Assembly (NCBI GenBank): GCA_965217895.1 | Contig: CBDCJV010000002.1 | Location: forward strand, 4,768,001 to 4,832,000 | DNA length: 64,000 nt | From: Waterburya sp. | Lineage (GTDB): Bacteria > Cyanobacteriota > Cyanobacteriia > Cyanobacteriales > Xenococcaceae | Direction: 5' to 3' | In this document: in pieces, positions 20,306-30,807 of the stretch | Numbering within the stretch: the first letter of the stretch is position 1 | Layout of the letters: each line of letters begins with the position of its first letter | The notes under the pieces: generated by a model | The model's input: only the letters and a program-made list of their open reading frames with translations | What the model was told of the DNA's origin: nothing | Database searches by the model: none | Program-made: the position numbers and the translations under genes

Positions 20306-22087
20306 ATGAGTGGTTTAAAAAATAAGATTAAAGCAGCTACCCTAGTCGATATCCTCCGTAATCAGGCTGAAGAAAAGCCTCATCAAACTGTATATAATTA
20401 CCTAATTGATGGAGAAACAGAAGAAGCTAGCCTTACCTATGGTCAGTTGGAAAAGAAGGCAAAAGCGATCGCCGCCTATCTTCAATCTGTATGTTCTCCT
20501 CAAGATCGGGTTTTGTTGTTATACCCCTCTAGCTTAGACTATATTACTGCTTTTTTTGGTTGTCTTTATGCCGGGGTAATTGCTATTCCCGCTTATCCTC
20601 CCAGACCTAACCGCTCTTTAAACCGCATCCATAATATTTTGCAAAATGCCCAGACTAATCTGGCTTTGACCAATACTGAAACACTATACGGTCTTCAGCG
20701 TCAATTAGAAAATACCACAGAGCTACAAAGCTTACGCTGGATTACGACAGATACAATCAACGATGATTTGGGGCAAGATTGGCACGAACCAAATATTTCC
20801 GAAGATAGTCTCGCTTTTTTACAATATACCTCTGGTTCGACGGCAGAACCAAAAGGGGTCAAAATTGCTTACAGGAACTTGCTGCACAACATGGAGGCTA
20901 TCCATCGCTGCTTTAGGCACTCTCCCGAAAGTAACGGGGTAATTTGGCTGCCTCCGTACCATGATATGGGTCTAATTGGCGGTATTCTCCAGCCTCTTTA
21001 TGGCGATTTTCCCGTGACCTTGATGTCGCCCTTGATGTTTTTGCAAAATCCTCTACGTTGGCTTAAGGCAATATCTCGCTATAAGGCTACTACCAGTGGC
21101 GGCCCCAATTTTGCTTACGATCTTTGTGTACGTAAATTCAAACCAGAACAGCTAACGGACTTAGATCTTAGTAGTTGGCAGGTAGCATTTAATGGTGCAG
21201 AGCCAATTAATCATGAAACTCTAAATAAATTTGCCACTACCTTTGCGCCCTATGGTTTTAAGTATTCTGCTTTTTATCCTTGCTATGGCATGGCAGAAGC
21301 CACTTTAATTATCTCAGGTGGTTCAAAAAACTCAGCAGTAGTAACCAAAACCGTGCAAGGAAAAGCTTTAGAACAAAATCAAATTGTGCTTGCCGATCTT
21401 AACGAGCCTCATCCCCATACTTTAGTAAGCTGTGGGATGGGTCTAAACGATCAAAAAATTGCGATCGCCAATCCTGAAACTATGGTTAGCTGCAAACCAG
21501 GAGAAGTAGGCGAAATTTGGGTATCTGGCTCTAGTATTGCCCAAGGCTATTGGCGACAACCCCAAATAACGAAAGAAACTTTTGGAGCTTACCTTCAAGA
21601 CACTAAAGAAGGGCCTTTTTTGCGTACAGGTGATTTAGGCTTTGTCGATCGAGGGGAGTTATTTTTTACTGGTCGTCTCAAAGATATGATTGTGATCAAA
21701 GGTCGCAATCATTATCCCCAAGACATAGAAAAAACCGTTGAAGATACTAACTCTTGGATCAGACCAAGCTGCGTTGCTAGTTTTTCCGTCAATATTCAAG
21801 GAGAAGAGAAACTTATTGTTCTAGCTGAGGTTGAGCGTCGTTACTGGAGTAGCAATCGCTCTGTTAAAACTGCTTCTAATGGTAATTCTTCGGCTAACGA
21901 AATGATTAATGTTAAGGATTTAACTCAAATCATTCGACGAGAGATTTCTAAAAACCACGACTTACAGGTATATACTACCCTGTTGCTCAAGCCTGGTAGT
22001 TTACCCAAAACCTCTAGCGGTAAAATTCAACGTCATGCCTGTCGTACCGAATTTCTGGCTAATACTATAGAAGGTTTGCCCATTTAG
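20306..22087 (+). CDS. Fatty acyl-AMP ligase (standalone)
   Basis: QYTSGST.EPKGV, WLPPYHDMGL, YGMAEATL, GRNHYPQDIE, PKTSSGKIQR. Confidence 0.9.
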   Translation: MSGLKNKIKAATLVDILRNQAEEKPHQTVYNYLIDGETEEASLTYGQLEKKAKAIAAYLQSVCSPQDRVLLLYPSSLDYITAFFGCLYAGVIAIPAYPPRPNRSLNRIHNILQNAQTNLALTNTETLYGLQRQLENTTELQSLRWITTDTINDDLGQDWHEPNISEDSLAFLQYTSGSTAEPKGVKIAYRNLLHNMEAIHRCFRHSPESNGVIWLPPYHDMGLIGGILQPLYGDFPVTLMSPLMFLQNPLRWLKAISRYKATTSGGPNFAYDLCVRKFKPEQLTDLDLSSWQVAFNGAEPINHETLNKFATTFAPYGFKYSAFYPCYGMAEATLIISGGSKNSAVVTKTVQGKALEQNQIVLADLNEPHPHTLVSCGMGLNDQKIAIANPETMVSCKPGEVGEIWVSGSSIAQGYWRQPQITKETFGAYLQDTKEGPFLRTGDLGFVDRGELFFTGRLKDMIVIKGRNHYPQDIEKTVEDTNSWIRPSCVASFSVNIQGEEKLIVLAEVERRYWSSNRSVKTASNGNSSANEMINVKDLTQIIRREISKNHDLQVYTTLLLKPGSLPKTSSGKIQRHACRTEFLANTIEGLPI

Positions 22088-22127
22088 ACTTTGCCATCTA
22101 TTTGGAAGTTGGGTAATAGACAGTTAG

Positions 22128-22276
22128 GCGAGCGACCCCCTAAAGGGTTCAACAGTTTGCTCAACGGGGGGAACCCCCGCAACGCAACTGTCTCACCGCG
22201 TCGCCGTCAGGCGCAAGCGTCCGACACGAGGGCATCCCTAAACGGGAAGCCACGCGGACTTGGGAATGCGCGAGGA
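22128..22276 (+). repeat. 39-nt scaffold repeat expanded by two nested insertions
   Basis: gagcgacccc...cgcgtcgccgtcaggcgcaag...ggaatgcgc split by inserts, within CAGTTAGRG 9-mers. Confidence 0.85.
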
Positions 22277-22323
22277 AGGCAGTTAGGGCAGTTTTCTTTG
22301 ACTACAAACTACAAACTACAAAC

Positions 22324-24060
22324 TCAATAATGTGTTCCTGATTTACGGTGATGAATTGCTGTTACTCCTTCAGACTGGAATACTTTTCCTTGTTCGGCAA
22401 CAGCATAAATTAACCAATGATCTCCACATTCCATACGATTAGCAACCTGGCACTCTACATAAGCTAGAGCATCGCTTAAAATAGGACAGCCATTGGTGGC
22501 TTCTTCTGTGGCTACTCCTTCAAAGCGATCTTCCCCTGGAGCAAAAGGTTTAAGAAAGTGTTTCATTAAGCTAATGTGTTTTCCTTCAGGTAAAACATTT
22601 AAGACAAAGCTATTGCCCGTATAAAGTAGAGACTCGATCGCTCTTTCTTTGGCTACGGCAACGGTCAAACCAGGAGGATTAAAGGTGGCTTGAGATACCC
22701 AAGAAGCTAACATTGCTCCCGATACTTCGGCTTTTTTGGTAGTGACAATACACATTGAGCCTACCAAGCGACCTACTGCTTGTGCTGTACGATCAACATC
22801 GGCGGTAATTCCCTGAGCTTTTCTAACTTTTTGGCGATCTCGCTTGGCTTTTTTTAGAGCTTGAGCAAAATCTGTTCCTGCTTCTTCACAGGTTTTTAAA
22901 ACGGCATCAGTAGGGGTAAATTTAACTCGAATAGGTTCAAACCCAAACTTATAGCCAGCGTTGCGAAATTTTGTTTCTAATAAATCTACAGCTTCCCCAC
23001 TCCAGCCAAAAGAACCAAATGCTCCTGCTAGCTGAGTTTTGGCAGCATTTGCTAAGACAATACCCAATGCCGACTGTATCTGTGTAGGAGCGTGTCCTCC
23101 CAAAGTAGGTGAACCCATAACAAAGCCCGCCGATTTATCTACCGCCGATTTAATTTCCTCTGCTTTGGCAGATTCGGCATTGATCGATTCTACCGCCACT
23201 CCCGCTTTAGTAATGCCTCTGGCGATCGCACCAGCAATAGTAGCAGTGTTACCATAAGCAGAAGCATAAATTAAAGCCACCTTTAGTTCCAGTTTGTTTT
23301 GCTGTTGCGCCCAGGTACGATAATCTTCTGTCAATTCAATTAGACTATATCTAACTAATGAACCGTGGGCGGTAGCATAGATACGAGCAGGTTTATCAGC
23401 AATTTTATCTAAGCTAGCCATAACTTGACGAGCATGGGGAGCCATTAAACAATCAAAGTAATAACGGCGATCTTCTAAATCTACCGCCCAACCCTCATCA
23501 AAAACGCGATCGCCACACACATGACAACCAAACAGCTTATCAGTATAAAGAACCTCCGTTAAGCGATCGTAAGTACAAAGATGGTCGGGATAACGAGGGT
23601 TTGGGGTCGGGATAAATTCTAAAATATGTCCTTGACCAAGATCTAAAGTCTCCTCTCCTTTGATGACTTTTAACTTTAATTCTTGTTCTGCCCAAATTTT
23701 ACGCAGTGATATTGCCCCAGGATTAGAGCAGACAATCGTAATTTGGGGGGCAATTTCTAACAGAGCCTTGAGGGTGCTAGCGCGATTTGGATTGATATGC
23801 CCTAAGATGACATAATCAATTGTTTTCGGGTCAATTCTTGCCTGTAGAGCATCAATAAAAATAGTGGTGAAAGATTCCCCTGGCGGATCGAATAAAGCCG
23901 TTTTATCTCCTTCAACCAGATAAGAATTAGCAGTAGTTCCTTTTTGCAGAGCGTATTCAATTTCAAACTTTAGACGTTCCCAAGTACGTGATCGCAATAC
24001 ACGGGTATCCGCAGCAATGGGAAATACCTGAACATCCTTGGCTTTATTTACAGAGGACAT
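22324..24060 (-). CDS. flv1: Flavodiiron protein, Flv1-type
   Basis: MBL-like + flavodoxin + flavin reductase domains; RSRTWERLKFEIEY; non-canonical HINPNR iron-site motif. Confidence 0.8.
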   Translation of the reverse strand: MSSVNKAKDVQVFPIAADTRVLRSRTWERLKFEIEYALQKGTTANSYLVEGDKTALFDPPGESFTTIFIDALQARIDPKTIDYVILGHINPNRASTLKALLEIAPQITIVCSNPGAISLRKIWAEQELKLKVIKGEETLDLGQGHILEFIPTPNPRYPDHLCTYDRLTEVLYTDKLFGCHVCGDRVFDEGWAVDLEDRRYYFDCLMAPHARQVMASLDKIADKPARIYATAHGSLVRYSLIELTEDYRTWAQQQNKLELKVALIYASAYGNTATIAGAIARGITKAGVAVESINAESAKAEEIKSAVDKSAGFVMGSPTLGGHAPTQIQSALGIVLANAAKTQLAGAFGSFGWSGEAVDLLETKFRNAGYKFGFEPIRVKFTPTDAVLKTCEEAGTDFAQALKKAKRDRQKVRKAQGITADVDRTAQAVGRLVGSMCIVTTKKAEVSGAMLASWVSQATFNPPGLTVAVAKERAIESLLYTGNSFVLNVLPEGKHISLMKHFLKPFAPGEDRFEGVATEEATNGCPILSDALAYVECQVANRMECGDHWLIYAVAEQGKVFQSEGVTAIHHRKSGTHY

Positions 24061-24115
24061 AGCTTATTTATGATGTTTTTATTCTTAACTTTAGTCTACC
24101 AAGATATGTCTTTAA

Positions 24116-25243
24116 CTATTCTGACCACAGACGGCGACGCTCTTTACCTTTCAACTGTTGATGAGTATCGCGCAATAAAGTAGGAATATTTAATTGTTCT
24201 GGACAACGAGGCAAACAATCACCACAGTCAGTACATTTATCACCCTTTTTCCCTGGAAACCAATGTCCCGCATTTTCTAGCATTCGGTAACGGTATTGCC
24301 CATAGTCTTGCATATCGTAAGCAGTGGTTAGATTACGCAGTCTAAGGATTTCAGGAATGTTAATTGTTTCAGGACAGGGTAGACATTGATAACACTGACG
24401 ACAAAGATCTGTAGCTAATGTAGTTTCTAACTCTTGTTCTAGCTTGCTAAATACTGCTGTTTCATCCTTCGTCAAAGGATGATCGGCATCAGCCACTTGC
24501 AGAGGGGTAGCTAGTTCTTCTGGAGTGGCAGCACCAACACTCAGGGTTGTAATACGGCGATCGCTTAATAAGAAACGATAGTTTAATTCTAAAGGAGTAA
24601 AAGGAGAACATAATTCTTCTAGCTTTTGGGGAGGGGTATATAACTTGCCTCCTTTATCAGCAGGAGAAATAATAAATATGCCCATGTCCTTGGCTGCTGC
24701 TAAAGCGATCGCTTTGGCATTCCTTTGATAAAAATAATAGTAGTGCAGGTTAACAAACTCAAATAAATTTGTCTCAATTGCTGCGAGGATCAAGTCTAGA
24801 CTGCCATGAGTCGAAAAGCCTAAATGTCTAATTTTTCCCTGTTTAATTGCCGTCTGTATCGCTGCTAGACAACCATCAGGATTTGTTGCCCATTCTAGGT
24901 GTTCCCAGGTGTTAATGCCGTGAATTGCCAGACAGTCTATATAATCAACTTGCAGCCTAGCCAATGACTCATCGATCTCCAGCTTAATTTTTTCTTTGTC
25001 CGTAGTAGGAGATAACTTGGTGGTGAGATAAATTTGCTCGCGAGGAATAGCTAAGTCTTGTAATGCCTGACTCAGGTACACCTCGCTCTGACCGTATCCC
25101 CTGGCAGTTTCTAGATGATTTATCCCCAGAGCAACCGCACGAGCGATAGTTTGACGGCTGGTTTGGGGAGAAGCCAAACGCATTGTCCCCAAGGAAAATA
25201 CCGATAAATTGAGATTAGTTTTACCAAACCGTCGCTGTCGCAT
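24116..25243 (-). CDS. Aldo/keto reductase with C-terminal 4Fe-4S motifs
   Basis: SLGTMR, ETARGYG; CRQCYQCLPCP and CTDCGDCLPRCP. Confidence 0.9.
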   Translation of the reverse strand: MRQRRFGKTNLNLSVFSLGTMRLASPQTSRQTIARAVALGINHLETARGYGQSEVYLSQALQDLAIPREQIYLTTKLSPTTDKEKIKLEIDESLARLQVDYIDCLAIHGINTWEHLEWATNPDGCLAAIQTAIKQGKIRHLGFSTHGSLDLILAAIETNLFEFVNLHYYYFYQRNAKAIALAAAKDMGIFIISPADKGGKLYTPPQKLEELCSPFTPLELNYRFLLSDRRITTLSVGAATPEELATPLQVADADHPLTKDETAVFSKLEQELETTLATDLCRQCYQCLPCPETINIPEILRLRNLTTAYDMQDYGQYRYRMLENAGHWFPGKKGDKCTDCGDCLPRCPEQLNIPTLLRDTHQQLKGKERRRLWSE

Positions 25244-25308
25244 TTATTAGTTTGTTAGTCAATTGAATATTTAATTTAGTATTTCATAACTAAAACAATT
25301 GAGTAGTT

Positions 25309-25809
25309 TTAATGTTTTTCTTTATAGCCACCCTTTTTGATAAGTTGCTCTGGACTCAGGCTAGAAATAAATTGTCTAAAGGCTTGTCTTTCTGCATCAT
25401 CAGCATCAGTATCCACGGGAATAGAAGCATCGGCAATGACTTCTTCTAACACCCAAATAGGGCTATCGGTACGTAAAGCGATCGCCACAGCATCACTAGG
25501 ACGACAATCAATTTCTTTTTTGATTCCGTTAAACTTGATGCAAAGCACTGCATAAAAAATGTCGTCGGTAAGAGAATGGATAATTACCTTCTCTAACTTG
25601 ACGTTACAGTCATTCAAGATGTTGGCAAATAAATCATGAGTCAGAGGACGAGATGGGCGATGTCCTTCTAAAGCTTCAATAATCGCCTCAGCTTGGGCTT
25701 GTCCAATAAAAATTGGTAACGCTCTACGCTCTGAACTGTCCTTGAGTAGAATCATAGGACTGCGACTAGCAGCATTTATAACAATGCCTGCAACTTTCAT
25801 TTCAATCAT
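25309..25809 (-). CDS. Bifunctional nuclease family protein (DUF151)
   Basis: LPIFIG, RPLTHDL, DCRPSDAVAIA. Confidence 0.92.
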   Translation of the reverse strand: MIEMKVAGIVINAASRSPMILLKDSSERRALPIFIGQAQAEAIIEALEGHRPSRPLTHDLFANILNDCNVKLEKVIIHSLTDDIFYAVLCIKFNGIKKEIDCRPSDAVAIALRTDSPIWVLEEVIADASIPVDTDADDAERQAFRQFISSLSPEQLIKKGGYKEKH

Positions 25810-26067
25810 GGTTTTGTCCTCTGAGGTAGTAGATTGGCAGGAGTTAATAGCTAAAAGAAATAGATAAGAAATTTAAATGTATCTACTCTTAATACTTTAG
25901 ATATGTTTTAAGACTCTTTCAACCCTATTCAGGTAAAAAACTAGAACAGAAAGTCTTAAATGTTAATGTTTAATCACAGTATGCCTTAGTTTTTTTCTGT
26001 TGCCTCTAGTATTCAAGAAAAAATAATAGTTAAGTTGTTTAAAGTTACAGATTTACACATAATTATA

Positions 26068-26757
26068 ATGTTTACAGGTTTAATACAGTCATTAGGCTCA
26101 ATTGAGAGCCACAGCCAAGATTCCTTTGAGGTTTCAATTGTCGGCAACGGTTACAAGGCAATTATTTCAGATTTGGCAATTGGCGATAGCGTCGCTGTCG
26201 ATGGAGTATGTCTAACGGTAGAAACAATTTTAGATCGGGGCTTTATTGCTACAGCTTCCCCTGAAACTTTAGAGAGAACAACTTTAGGCGATCGCGATCG
26301 CGCTGCCAAATACGTTAACCTAGAAACTTCTCTTCGTATGGGCAGCAAAATTGGCGGACACTTCGTTACAGGACATATCGACGGTATCGGCTGTTTAATA
26401 GAATCAGTTGCTACTGCAACCTCCTGGGAGATTTGCTTTGGTATGCCCACAGGCATGAGTGAACAATGGCAAGAAAGAATAGGACGCTATTTAGTTTCTA
26501 AAGGCAGTATTGCCGTTAACGGCATTAGTCTGACTATAGCTGAGTGCGCCCCTGATGGTAGTTGGTTTAGCGCAGCCGTAATTCCCCATACTTATGCCCA
26601 GACAAATTTGAACAGTTTGCGATCGGGCAATTTAGTCAACCTCGAAAGCGATATCTTGGGTAAATATGTTGATCGATTAATTTCCCATCGTTTGCCAAGT
26701 CATCATCAGCAAGAAGAAATTAATTTGTCTTTCCTAGCTGAACATGGTTATGGATAA
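26068..26757 (+). CDS. ribE: Riboflavin synthase
   Basis: MFTGL start, GDSVAVDGVCLT, GGHFVTGHID. Confidence 0.95.
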   Translation: MFTGLIQSLGSIESHSQDSFEVSIVGNGYKAIISDLAIGDSVAVDGVCLTVETILDRGFIATASPETLERTTLGDRDRAAKYVNLETSLRMGSKIGGHFVTGHIDGIGCLIESVATATSWEICFGMPTGMSEQWQERIGRYLVSKGSIAVNGISLTIAECAPDGSWFSAAVIPHTYAQTNLNSLRSGNLVNLESDILGKYVDRLISHRLPSHHQQEEINLSFLAEHGYG

Positions 26758-26767
26758 TCCGAAAATA

Positions 26768-26965
26768 GTAGCAATACGCTTAGTGTGAATTAGCTTCGTT
26801 TAAATTCGTTGGTTTTCAGCTTTTAGCTCTTAGCTCTTAGCTCTTAGCCACTATGAAAAAGGATAAAGTTTGACTTACTTAGCTACGTAAATACCAAATT
26901 TTAATAAACAGAACGTTCAGTAGAGCCATTTTAAGGTTTTTTAATTCACACTAGACGTAGCAATA
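26768..26965. mobile_element. MITE-like element with internal heptamer run
   Basis: Inverted tagtgtgaatta/taattcacacta ends; GTAGCAATA direct repeat on both flanks; (ttagctc)n inside. Confidence 0.55.
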
Positions 26966-27003
26966 GTCTTAAATAACGTTGTTCAGTTGGAGGAGGTTTG
27001 TCC

Positions 27004-27798
27004 TTAACCCAAGTCTGACTTAGTTGCCAACTTTAACATTCCTTGAGTAATGCCAGGAAACAAACGATTTAAAAATGCAGGCACTTTTGCAGAACCCACT
27101 ATTACCTCGGCTTGAGGGTGCTTAACTACATCCAAAATAACTTTAGCCACATCTTCAGGTTGACTCGATAAAGGGCTAGACATCATTTGCTTCATTTGTT
27201 GCGGATCGCTATCTTTAAATACCGCCCTTTCTAAAAAGTCCGTGTTGGTAACGCTGGGATGTACCCCCGAAACATGAATACCTTGAGGCTCTAATTCTAA
27301 ACGTAAAGTTTCTGTCAAGCCGACAATAGCGTGTTTGCTGGTGCAATATGCCGTCATTTTCGGTAAAGGTACTTTGCCCCCAAACGAACCGACATTAATA
27401 ATATTGCCCTGCTTTCTAGCTAAAAAATGAGGTAGCAGGGCATTGATTGTATAAATATAGCCCCAAAGATTGACGTTGATAATTCTTTCCCAATCTTCGA
27501 TGGTAGTTTTTGCCATTGGTGCGCTCATGCAGACACCTGCGTTATTAACTAAAACATCAATTTGCGAAAAACGTTCTAAACCCAAATTAATTAGAGCTTC
27601 TACAGCACTGCGATCGCTTGTGTCGGTAGTAATTGCCAATGCTTGCCTGTCTAAACTTCTAATCTCTTCGGCAACAGATTCTAATCTATCTTTGGTGCGA
27701 GCAGTAATAATTAAATCGTAACCATTTTTGGCAAATAATAAGGCAGTAGCTTTACCAATGCCTTGAGATGCACCTGTAATAAAAGCAGTAGGAGACAT
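27004..27798 (-). CDS. Short-chain dehydrogenase/reductase
   Basis: TGASQGIG, NNAG, YCTSK. Confidence 0.92.
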   Translation of the reverse strand: MSPTAFITGASQGIGKATALLFAKNGYDLIITARTKDRLESVAEEIRSLDRQALAITTDTSDRSAVEALINLGLERFSQIDVLVNNAGVCMSAPMAKTTIEDWERIINVNLWGYIYTINALLPHFLARKQGNIINVGSFGGKVPLPKMTAYCTSKHAIVGLTETLRLELEPQGIHVSGVHPSVTNTDFLERAVFKDSDPQQMKQMMSSPLSSQPEDVAKVILDVVKHPQAEVIVGSAKVPAFLNRLFPGITQGMLKLATKSDLG

Positions 27799-28198
27799 AG
27801 TGTTTAGACAGAAAGTAATCAACGGTATTTTAAGATCTTACAAATTAGTACTTAGCCGAGACATCAATAGAAAGATATAAAAACCCTTGGAATCTCTTTG
27901 ACCTCAACATAGCCAGGAAATTGCCCAAATAACTCGTAAATCTATCTAGAGTAGTAGCTAAAAGTCATTCAGATTAGCGAGATTGCGTAACTTTTACAAA
28001 TTGAATCAGGCTACCATAAAGTTAGGAGTTGTTTATTAACCATTTGAATATCAAATTGAGCAAGCTAAGTAGATAGCATAATTGGCACTAGAAATTAAAT
28101 ATTAATAACCTGCAAATCTACGATTCTTAACGGTCGTGGAACTGTTACTTGTTCGTAAATATTACTGTCGGACAAAGTTTGGATATTGAGAAATATAA

Positions 28199-29620
28199 AT
28201 GAAAATAGCTATAAATAAATCAAAAAAGCGTCATAACATCTTCATCCCAGTTTTGGTAGCATTAGGCTTGGTTTTAATTGGTTTCACTACCTATCGCCTT
28301 GTCAAAAGTTCCAAATCAGAAGTAGATATTAACGCTTTAACCGTTCCTGTAAATAAAGAAAATTTAAATGTAGAAATTGCAGCTAGTGGCAGAGTCGAGC
28401 CGATCAAAAGCGTCAACGTAAGTCCCAAAGAACCTGCGCGGCTAATCAAATTATTGGTAGAGCAAGGCGATCGCGTCAAGGCAGGACAAACCCTAGCCAT
28501 CATGGAAAACGCCGAACTAGGAGTGGGAATCGATCAAGCAAGAGCCGATTTCAAACAAGCCCGCGCTAGCCTCACCGAAGGAGAAGCAAAAGTAAATGCC
28601 GAAATTGCTCAAGCAGAAGCTAGGCTCAAACAGGCTCAAGCCAAATTAAATCAAGCTCAAAATAGAATTCCTGCCGATATAGGGCAAACTCAGTCACAAA
28701 TTGCTGCTGCCGAATCTCGTTTACGACTTGGACAAGAGCGACTTCAGCGCAATAAATATCTTTTGCGACAGGGAGCTATTACTCAAGATGCCTTTGATGA
28801 AATTACCAATAATTATCAAAACGCCCAATCTGAGATTAAAGAGTTGCGCGAACGACTAGAACAGTTTAAGAGTACAGGAGGCTCTGAAGTTGAACAACTC
28901 AAAGCAGAAATAAATGAAGCTAGAATCTCTCTCCAACAAAAACAGGCAACTGCACCCGATGAGATAGCTGGATTAGAAGCATCCGCAGAAAAAGCAGAAG
29001 CATCCCTCAAGCAGTCAGAAATTAAATATGGCGACAGTATAGTCAAAGCTCCTTTTACAGGTGTTGTCACTCAAAGATATGCCGTGGAGGGTTCTTTTGT
29101 TGCCCCAAGTACTTCTGGCTCTAGTACTGAGTCAGCTTCTGCCACCTCAATCTTGGCATTAGCTCAAGGATTAGAGGTAATTGCCAAAGTTCCAGAGTTA
29201 GATGTAGGTCAGCTACAGCCAGGACAAAAAGTTAAGATTGTCGCCGATGCTTACCCAGAGCAAGTATTCACGGGTGAAATCAAACGCATTGCCCCTGAAG
29301 CAATAATTGAAGAAGAGGTTACTTCTTTTGAAGTACGGGTCAAGCTGCTTACAGGTGAGAATGTACTGCGCTCTAAAATGAATGTTGATGTCACTTTTAT
29401 TGGCAAGGAACTAAATAATAGCTTGGTAGTTCCCACAGTGGCGATATTTACCCAAAATGGAAAACAGGGAGTAATGATACCTGATGCGGAAAACAAGCCT
29501 AAATTTCAGCCTGTCAAAGTGGGGCTGTATTTAGGAGATAAAACGCAAATTATTGATGGAGTTAAGGCTAATCAAAAAGTATTTATTGACCTACCCAATC
29601 AGAAAAAGAAAGAAAAATAA
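28199..29620 (+). CDS. Efflux RND/ABC periplasmic adaptor (HlyD family)
   Basis: N-terminal TM, lipoyl halves (VEQGDRVKAGQ / APFTGVV), long coiled coil. Confidence 0.9.
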   Translation: MKIAINKSKKRHNIFIPVLVALGLVLIGFTTYRLVKSSKSEVDINALTVPVNKENLNVEIAASGRVEPIKSVNVSPKEPARLIKLLVEQGDRVKAGQTLAIMENAELGVGIDQARADFKQARASLTEGEAKVNAEIAQAEARLKQAQAKLNQAQNRIPADIGQTQSQIAAAESRLRLGQERLQRNKYLLRQGAITQDAFDEITNNYQNAQSEIKELRERLEQFKSTGGSEVEQLKAEINEARISLQQKQATAPDEIAGLEASAEKAEASLKQSEIKYGDSIVKAPFTGVVTQRYAVEGSFVAPSTSGSSTESASATSILALAQGLEVIAKVPELDVGQLQPGQKVKIVADAYPEQVFTGEIKRIAPEAIIEEEVTSFEVRVKLLTGENVLRSKMNVDVTFIGKELNNSLVVPTVAIFTQNGKQGVMIPDAENKPKFQPVKVGLYLGDKTQIIDGVKANQKVFIDLPNQKKKEK

Positions 29621-29671
29621 CTAGACCTCTTGCACGAATCAGAAATATCGATTGAGAATGAGGTCAGAGGT
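29621..29671 (+). repeat. Dispersed repeat / MITE end, copy at 44066-44106
   Basis: 38 of 41 nt identical to 44066-44106; begins ctagacctcttgca. Confidence 0.7.
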
Positions 29672-29691
29672 TTATTATTACTCAACACTTT

Positions 29692-30783
29692 TTAGCCACC
29701 TACGCGGAATTCAATTACATCTCCTTCTTGAACGATATAATCTTTACCTTCTAAGCGCAGTAAGCCTTTTTCTTTGGCACCATTTTTAGAACCCGTGGCG
29801 ATTAAGTCTTCGTAACTAATTGTTTCTGCTTTTATAAATTTCTTTTCAAAGTCAGTATGAATTACCGCTGCTGCTTGAGGTGCTTTTGTGCCTGCAATAA
29901 TTGTCCAGGCGCGGGATTCTTGCTCTCCTGTAGTCAGGTAGGTACGCAAACCTAAAAGATCGTAGGTAGCTTTAATCAGAGATTTTAACCCTCCTTCTTC
30001 TACCCCTAAGGCTTCAAGAAAATCTTTAGTTTCGGCTGCTGATAGTTCAACCAACTCCGACTCAACCTGAGCAGAAACTATAACTACCTTCGCCTCCTCA
30101 TCTTTAGCAAACTCTCTTACTTCTTCTACCCAAGGGTTGCCTGTCGCCAAATCATCCTCAGCAACATTGGTAGCATAAATAATCGGTTTATTTGTCAGTA
30201 AGCCCAATGGTTTAATCATTAGCAAGTTATCTTCAGACAAGTCCATACTGCGAACAGATTTACCATCATTTAAGACTGTACTAATCTTCTCTAGTAGCTC
30301 AACCTCGGCTTGAGCATTTTTATCATTCTTTGCCTGTTTACGTAGTCTGGTGATGCGCTTTTCTATCTGAGCCAAATCTGCTAAAACTAGCTCTAAATTA
30401 ATTACTTCAATATCTCGTACAGGATCGACAGAGCCATCAACATGAATAATATCGTCATCATCAAAGCAACGAACCATGTGAACAATGGCATCAACCTCAC
30501 GAATATTAGCCAGAAATTGATTACCCAACCCTTCTCCTTTGCTTGCACCCTTAACTAAACCCGCAATATCGACAAACTCGATTCTCGTTGGCACTATTTT
30601 TTGTGAGCTATTCAATTTAGCCAGTACCTCTAGACGTGCATCAGGTACGGATACAACGCCGACATTGGGTTCAATGGTACAAAAAGGGAAATTGGCGGCT
30701 TCAGCCTTAGCATTGGCAACTAAGGCGTTAAACATAGTAGATTTACCCACGTTTGGTAATCCCACGATTCCTGCTCTTAACAT
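29692..30783 (-). CDS. ychF: Ribosome-binding ATPase YchF
   Basis: [27 protein letters not shown]. Confidence 0.97.
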   Translation of the reverse strand: MLRAGIVGLPNVGKSTMFNALVANAKAEAANFPFCTIEPNVGVVSVPDARLEVLAKLNSSQKIVPTRIEFVDIAGLVKGASKGEGLGNQFLANIREVDAIVHMVRCFDDDDIIHVDGSVDPVRDIEVINLELVLADLAQIEKRITRLRKQAKNDKNAQAEVELLEKISTVLNDGKSVRSMDLSEDNLLMIKPLGLLTNKPIIYATNVAEDDLATGNPWVEEVREFAKDEEAKVVIVSAQVESELVELSAAETKDFLEALGVEEGGLKSLIKATYDLLGLRTYLTTGEQESRAWTIIAGTKAPQAAAVIHTDFEKKFIKAETISYEDLIATGSKNGAKEKGLLRLEGKDYIVQEGDVIEFRVGG

Positions 30784-30807
30784 GACGACTTATTTAGACT
30801 TATTGCT

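Noticed and set aside
25810..26067. FMN riboswitch before ribE, or cobalamin riboswitch before cbiT
   Set aside because: AT-rich leaders without the conserved riboswitch motifs
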